Shown one piece after another: positions 56,241-64,000 of a DNA stretch of 64,000 bases. The notes beneath the pieces were generated by a model that saw nothing but the letters and a program-made list of their open reading frames with translations, was not told the DNA's origin and ran no database searches. Numbering within the stretch: position 1 is the first letter of the stretch; every line of letters begins with the position of its first letter. The position numbers and the translations under genes are program-made. Origin of the DNA: the human T2T-CHM13v2.0 reference genome, Homo sapiens; the NCBI RefSeq assembly GCF_009914755.1, contig NC_060927.1; one strand, written 5' to 3'.

Positions 56241-58211
56241 TATATATATATATCCATACAGCAAAGGTTAAGAGAATCTTACCAATACAGAAAGAGTACA
56301 AATCCCTTTGCTTAGTTGCATGTTCTGCTTGTTTGTGTGTCTAGAAACCCAGAGTGAGGATCCCATTCATGTCCTGATATGATTGTGCCAATGAGAATAA
56401 ACTACCCACCTGGCAGCACCTTACCTCCTTTAGGCCAATAGAAGTTATTTAGAAAATTACCTCTTTCAGTGAATTAAATAAGCCAAATAGATTTGTATAG
56501 CCTTCCATGCCAAATGTAAGTGATAAAGCTGCCCCTATATTTAGGATTAGACAGTGAAGGCTGGCTTGTATGAAAAATTGAGTTTCATTTGCCAAAAAAG
56601 GAAATCAGTGCCAATTAAAAAAGCCAAATGCAGTGATGGTCACTGCTTTTCAAAGAAAGTGTGTATAGGGGCTGGAGGGGAATTCCCCCATTATTTATTT
56701 TTATGAATGCCTCTCAGCAGATGATGTCTATTCCTGCAGAGCTACACAAATATTATCTTGAGAACAAGTTTTTTAGAAAAATGAAAAAAATCTATTGCTT
56801 CTGTCAAAAATTATGCGCTGTATCAAGACAATAAAGCTACACAGGCTTTATTGTTCTATTGGCAGTCCATTGTTAAATTACCAGTCTGTTTGTAACTTAA
56901 TGAGCATTCCACAAGCTCCTTCTGTTATACCTTTGCTACTGAGAGAAGTAAAATAGAGAACTGAGCAATCATTTGATTGAGTAACTGATCCCAAATTCCC
57001 ACAATAAAGACAATTATAATTATTTTGCAAATTGACATAAACATAAAATACATACCTTTAGAACATAAAATTCAATTGCATCAATCAAACAAATATGTTC
57101 AGCATTTTTATTTCTGTGTTTATAATTTAAAAAGAAACTTAGAATCAAACAATGTAAGGATACCCACTTTCATCCCTCTATTTAATAGACTCCTCACCAG
57201 GGAAATTAGGCAACAAATAAATAAATGAAATACATTGAAATTGGAAAAATAAAACTAAAATTATTTCTTTTAAAAGACATGATCTTACACACAGAAAATC
57301 CTAAAAATGTGGCAAAAAACTAATAGGGCTCAGTTCTAATTTAAATTCAGCAATGTTGCAGAATACAAAATCAACACATGAAATTTAGCTGCATATCATT
57401 GTTCACTAATAATGAACAATCTGAAAAGGAAATATAAAAAACAATTTCATTTACTTAGAAATAAATGTAACCAAGCAGGCTAAAGACATGTACACTAAAA
57501 ACTATAAAATGAAGCTGACAGAAATTAAAGAAGACATAAATAAATGGAAATCCATTTTCACTGATTAGAATAATGTTAAAATGTCAATACTACATAAAAT
57601 GATCCATAGATTTAGTGAAAATCCCTATAAAAATTTCAATGATGTTTTTTGCAGAAATAGAAAAATACATCCTAAAGTTTACATGGAATCTCAAGGGACC
57701 TGAATAGCCAAAACAATCTTGAGAAAAAACACACTTGTAGGTCTTATGCTCCTTAATTTCAGAAGTTATTACAAAGCTACAGTAATCAAAACAGTGTGGT
57801 ACAGGCATAAATACTAATTGGCAGTAATAGGCAGTCCAGAAATCAACCCCTGAATTCATAATCCAGTTATTTTTTACAGGTGTGCCAAAATTATTCGATG
57901 GGAAAAGAACAGTCTTTTCAACAATTTTGCTTGGGAAAATATATCTACATGCAAAAGTTGGATATTTATATTACACCATGTACAAAATTTAACTCAAAAT
58001 GTATCAAAGACTTAAACATAAGAGCTAAAATATAAAACTCTTAGGAGAAAATATGGATAAAAGAATTCATGGCATTGAGTTTGGCAATGATTTTACAGGT
58101 ATGACATAAAAAGTACAGATAACAAAAAAGAAGAAATAGATAAATTGGCCTTGATCAAAATCAAAAACTTTCATTCATCAAAGAACACAATTAATAGAGT
58201 GAAAAGTAAAC

Positions 58212-60991
<2,780 letters not shown>

Positions 60992-61225
60992 ACAACCTAC
61001 AGAAAGGGAGAAAATATTTGCAAATTATACATCTGGTAAGAGGTTAATATCCAGAATATATAAAGTACTCCTAGAACTCAATGGGGAAAAAAAAATCAAC
61101 CCCGTTTAAAAAATGAGCAAATAACTACAGACTTTTCTCTAAAGAGATATACAAATGGACAATAAGTACACACAAAAGTGCTCAACATCACTAATAATTG
61201 TGGAAATGAAATCAAAACTACAATG

Positions 61226-61540
<315 letters not shown>

Positions 61541-63029
61541 TCACATCCATTAGAATTACTACTATCAAATAAACAGAAAATATTAAGTGCTGGCTAGGAT
61601 GTAGAGAAATTGGTACCTTTTAAGCACTGGTGGTGGGAATGTAAAATGGTACAGCTACTATGAAAAATAATACAGCAGTTCCTCAAAAAATTAAAAATAG
61701 AATTACCATATGATCCAGCAATTCTACATCTGTGTATATATCTAAAAGAATTAAAAGCAGGATCTCAAAGAAATATTTGCACATACATGTTTATAGCAGC
61801 ATAATGCATACTAGTCAAAAGGTGGAAGCTAGGCCAGTGTCTATTGATGCATGACTGAATAAACAAATGCGTTATTTTCATACAATGGAATATTATTCAG
61901 CCTAAAAAGGAAGGAAATTCTCATACATGCTAGCAACAACATAAATAAATCTTGAGGATATCATGCCATATGAAACAGCCACAGAAAAGACAAATACTAT
62001 ATGATTCCAATTACATGAGGTATACAGAGTACTCAAATTAAAAAAAGAACACAGAATGGTGGTTGCCAGTGGCTGGAGGAAGGGAGAAATGGGGGGTTGT
62101 CGTTTCATAAAAATACAGTTCCAGTTTTTCCAAATGAAAAAGTTCTAGAGATTGGGTGCACAACAATGTGAATGTATTTACTACTGAATTGTATATTTCA
62201 AAATGGTTAACATGATACATTTTATGTTACGTATCTTTTAATACAATTATAAATTGATTTTAACGAAATTAAGTTAACACAATTAAAACAAATCTTAGAA
62301 ATGCAAAAATAAAATAAAATAAAAATAAACCTAGAGTTAAATTTTATTTTTATTTAAAAAGTAATTCAACTTTAACTTGTTTAATTTGTTTTGGGTATAA
62401 TTTATTCCATTTACTAAATAAACAGAAATAATAAATTTATTTCTGTTTATTTAGAAACATATAAATGTTTGTATGGTTTATTAATAAATATGAACCAATG
62501 TGAGTATGGTTTATTAATTTGCAGACTATAAGAAAATTTTACTTCAGAAATTACGGAAAGTAAAATAATAAGAAAATATAGTTTCAGGTCAGGATTCCAA
62601 AGGCCTCAGTATATATTAACATTAAATATTCAAGAATCCCGTAAATGCTAAAAAGTGCTTCTAGTAATTACATGTACACATTTTTTCCCCAAAGAGATCT
62701 GTGTATTTTTCTTAGTTTTTACTACAATAATTAATCCAGTTGGGGAGAGAGTGAAGGGTTGAGGAGTTTGTAGCGATAGTAATACTGCTAAGAGGTCAAG
62801 CAGCCTTTAAATTACTCCAGATGATGCATCTAAGTCAAACAAAAAACTATGTAGGCAAAATTAAAAATAGATGAACAATTTCTTCTAGAGATTGTTTGAA
62901 ACAATAACCATTAAAGTTTTAAACTATAAAGAAGCAGAATAACTTTAAATTTTACGAGCAAAAGAAAAACAAGCAAAACCTTTTGGTCCAAAGATATTTT
63001 GCCTTTACAAAACATCAAAACTTTCTGTA

Positions 63030-63210
63030 GTGTGTTGCCAGATGATTTTGCCCAAGTCTAGGCTACTTGTTCTGATGGTGTTTAATGTAAACTAGGCTAA
63101 ACTACGATGTTCAGTAGGTTAGGTGTATTAATTGGACTTTTGACTTTGATATTTTCAACTTACGATGGATTTACTGTGACATAACCTCTTCTTAACTTGT
63201 GGAGTACCTT
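63030..63210. mobile_element. MER47-like Tigger MITE fragment
   Basis: 'gatgttcagtaggttaggtgtattaa...gatattttcaacttacgatgg'. Confidence 0.65.
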
Positions 63211-64000
63211 AAATGGAAAAAAAAATTAGGAATGAAATTTGCAGACATCTTTAACATTCAGGTGCTTTTATAGCTGGAATTTCCATCAAATACTTTGTTT
63301 CTCTGGTCCCTTGATATGTTAAGATGTATTTAGGATTTCATAGGAATTAATTATCTAAACCTAATTTTGGCTAATACCTTTGCTCACAAGTACTGTACTT
63401 CTTTGACTAATGGGTAAACTGCCAACACTTTCAAATTTGTTTCCCCAAGTCTTAACTTGGGTTTTCATGATTCCTTAATTAGTCATTTTACTCCAAAGAT
63501 GAGAAGAAAAATTTGACTTTGGGAATGGGGTGGTGTTTTCAAAAGCATTTTAGGAAGTTGCCCATTGTTAGAAGCAGATACAAATGTGAAAATGCAGTAA
63601 ATGACATGATCTAGAAATCAGAGTACTTGAGATCATTGATAGAGTGAGTCATCCCTGCTTTTAAATGAGGTAGATCTGAAACCTCCAAGTATCCATGATA
63701 TTATTTTTTAGAGCAAGAGCTGCTGTGATAAAGGTAGTTCATCCCTTCTAAGAAAGATACAAAACCAAATGAAACTGGCACTAACAATACATTTGTTCTT
63801 ACTCCAAAAGCTCTCTATTTGTATACCTGCAATCACATACTAATATAATTCTATACACACATCCTTTTCAAGCATAGAATTGGGTCAAATATTGTATTAA
63901 GAAACTGCACAGGAGATAGTTTCTTTAGTTTTTGTTTTGTTGTTTGAAAATAGTTTTTTACTACTATTAATTGTATGTTCCCTGAAATGAGTCCATCATA

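Overview
This is AT-rich, repeat-dense primate (human-like) DNA, intergenic or deep intronic. I find no supportable protein-coding exon, RNA gene, CRISPR array or CpG island; the recognisable ORFs come from L1, Alu or simple repeats and the rest look like chance ORFs. It holds three L1PB-type elements that keep 5'UTR sequence but have large internal deletions, two younger 5'-truncated L1PA, older L1PA/L1M fragments, about 10 Alus, many ERV1/ERVL/MaLR LTRs (several nested), one two-LTR MaLR provirus and DNA-transposon fossils. The most notable observations are: (1) the L1PB at 28511 lacks a 5'UTR segment bounded exactly by GTGAGT...CAG in its in-window paralogues, so it looks like a spliced retrocopy; (2) a ~275-bp inverted duplication/complex inversion at 6803-7745; (3) a non-repeat island with a perfect kB palindrome and clustered NFI half-sites, and a p53-like element. 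Subfamily names are recalled from consensus sequences and need RepeatMasker/Dfam confirmation. No new multi-gene system is evident.
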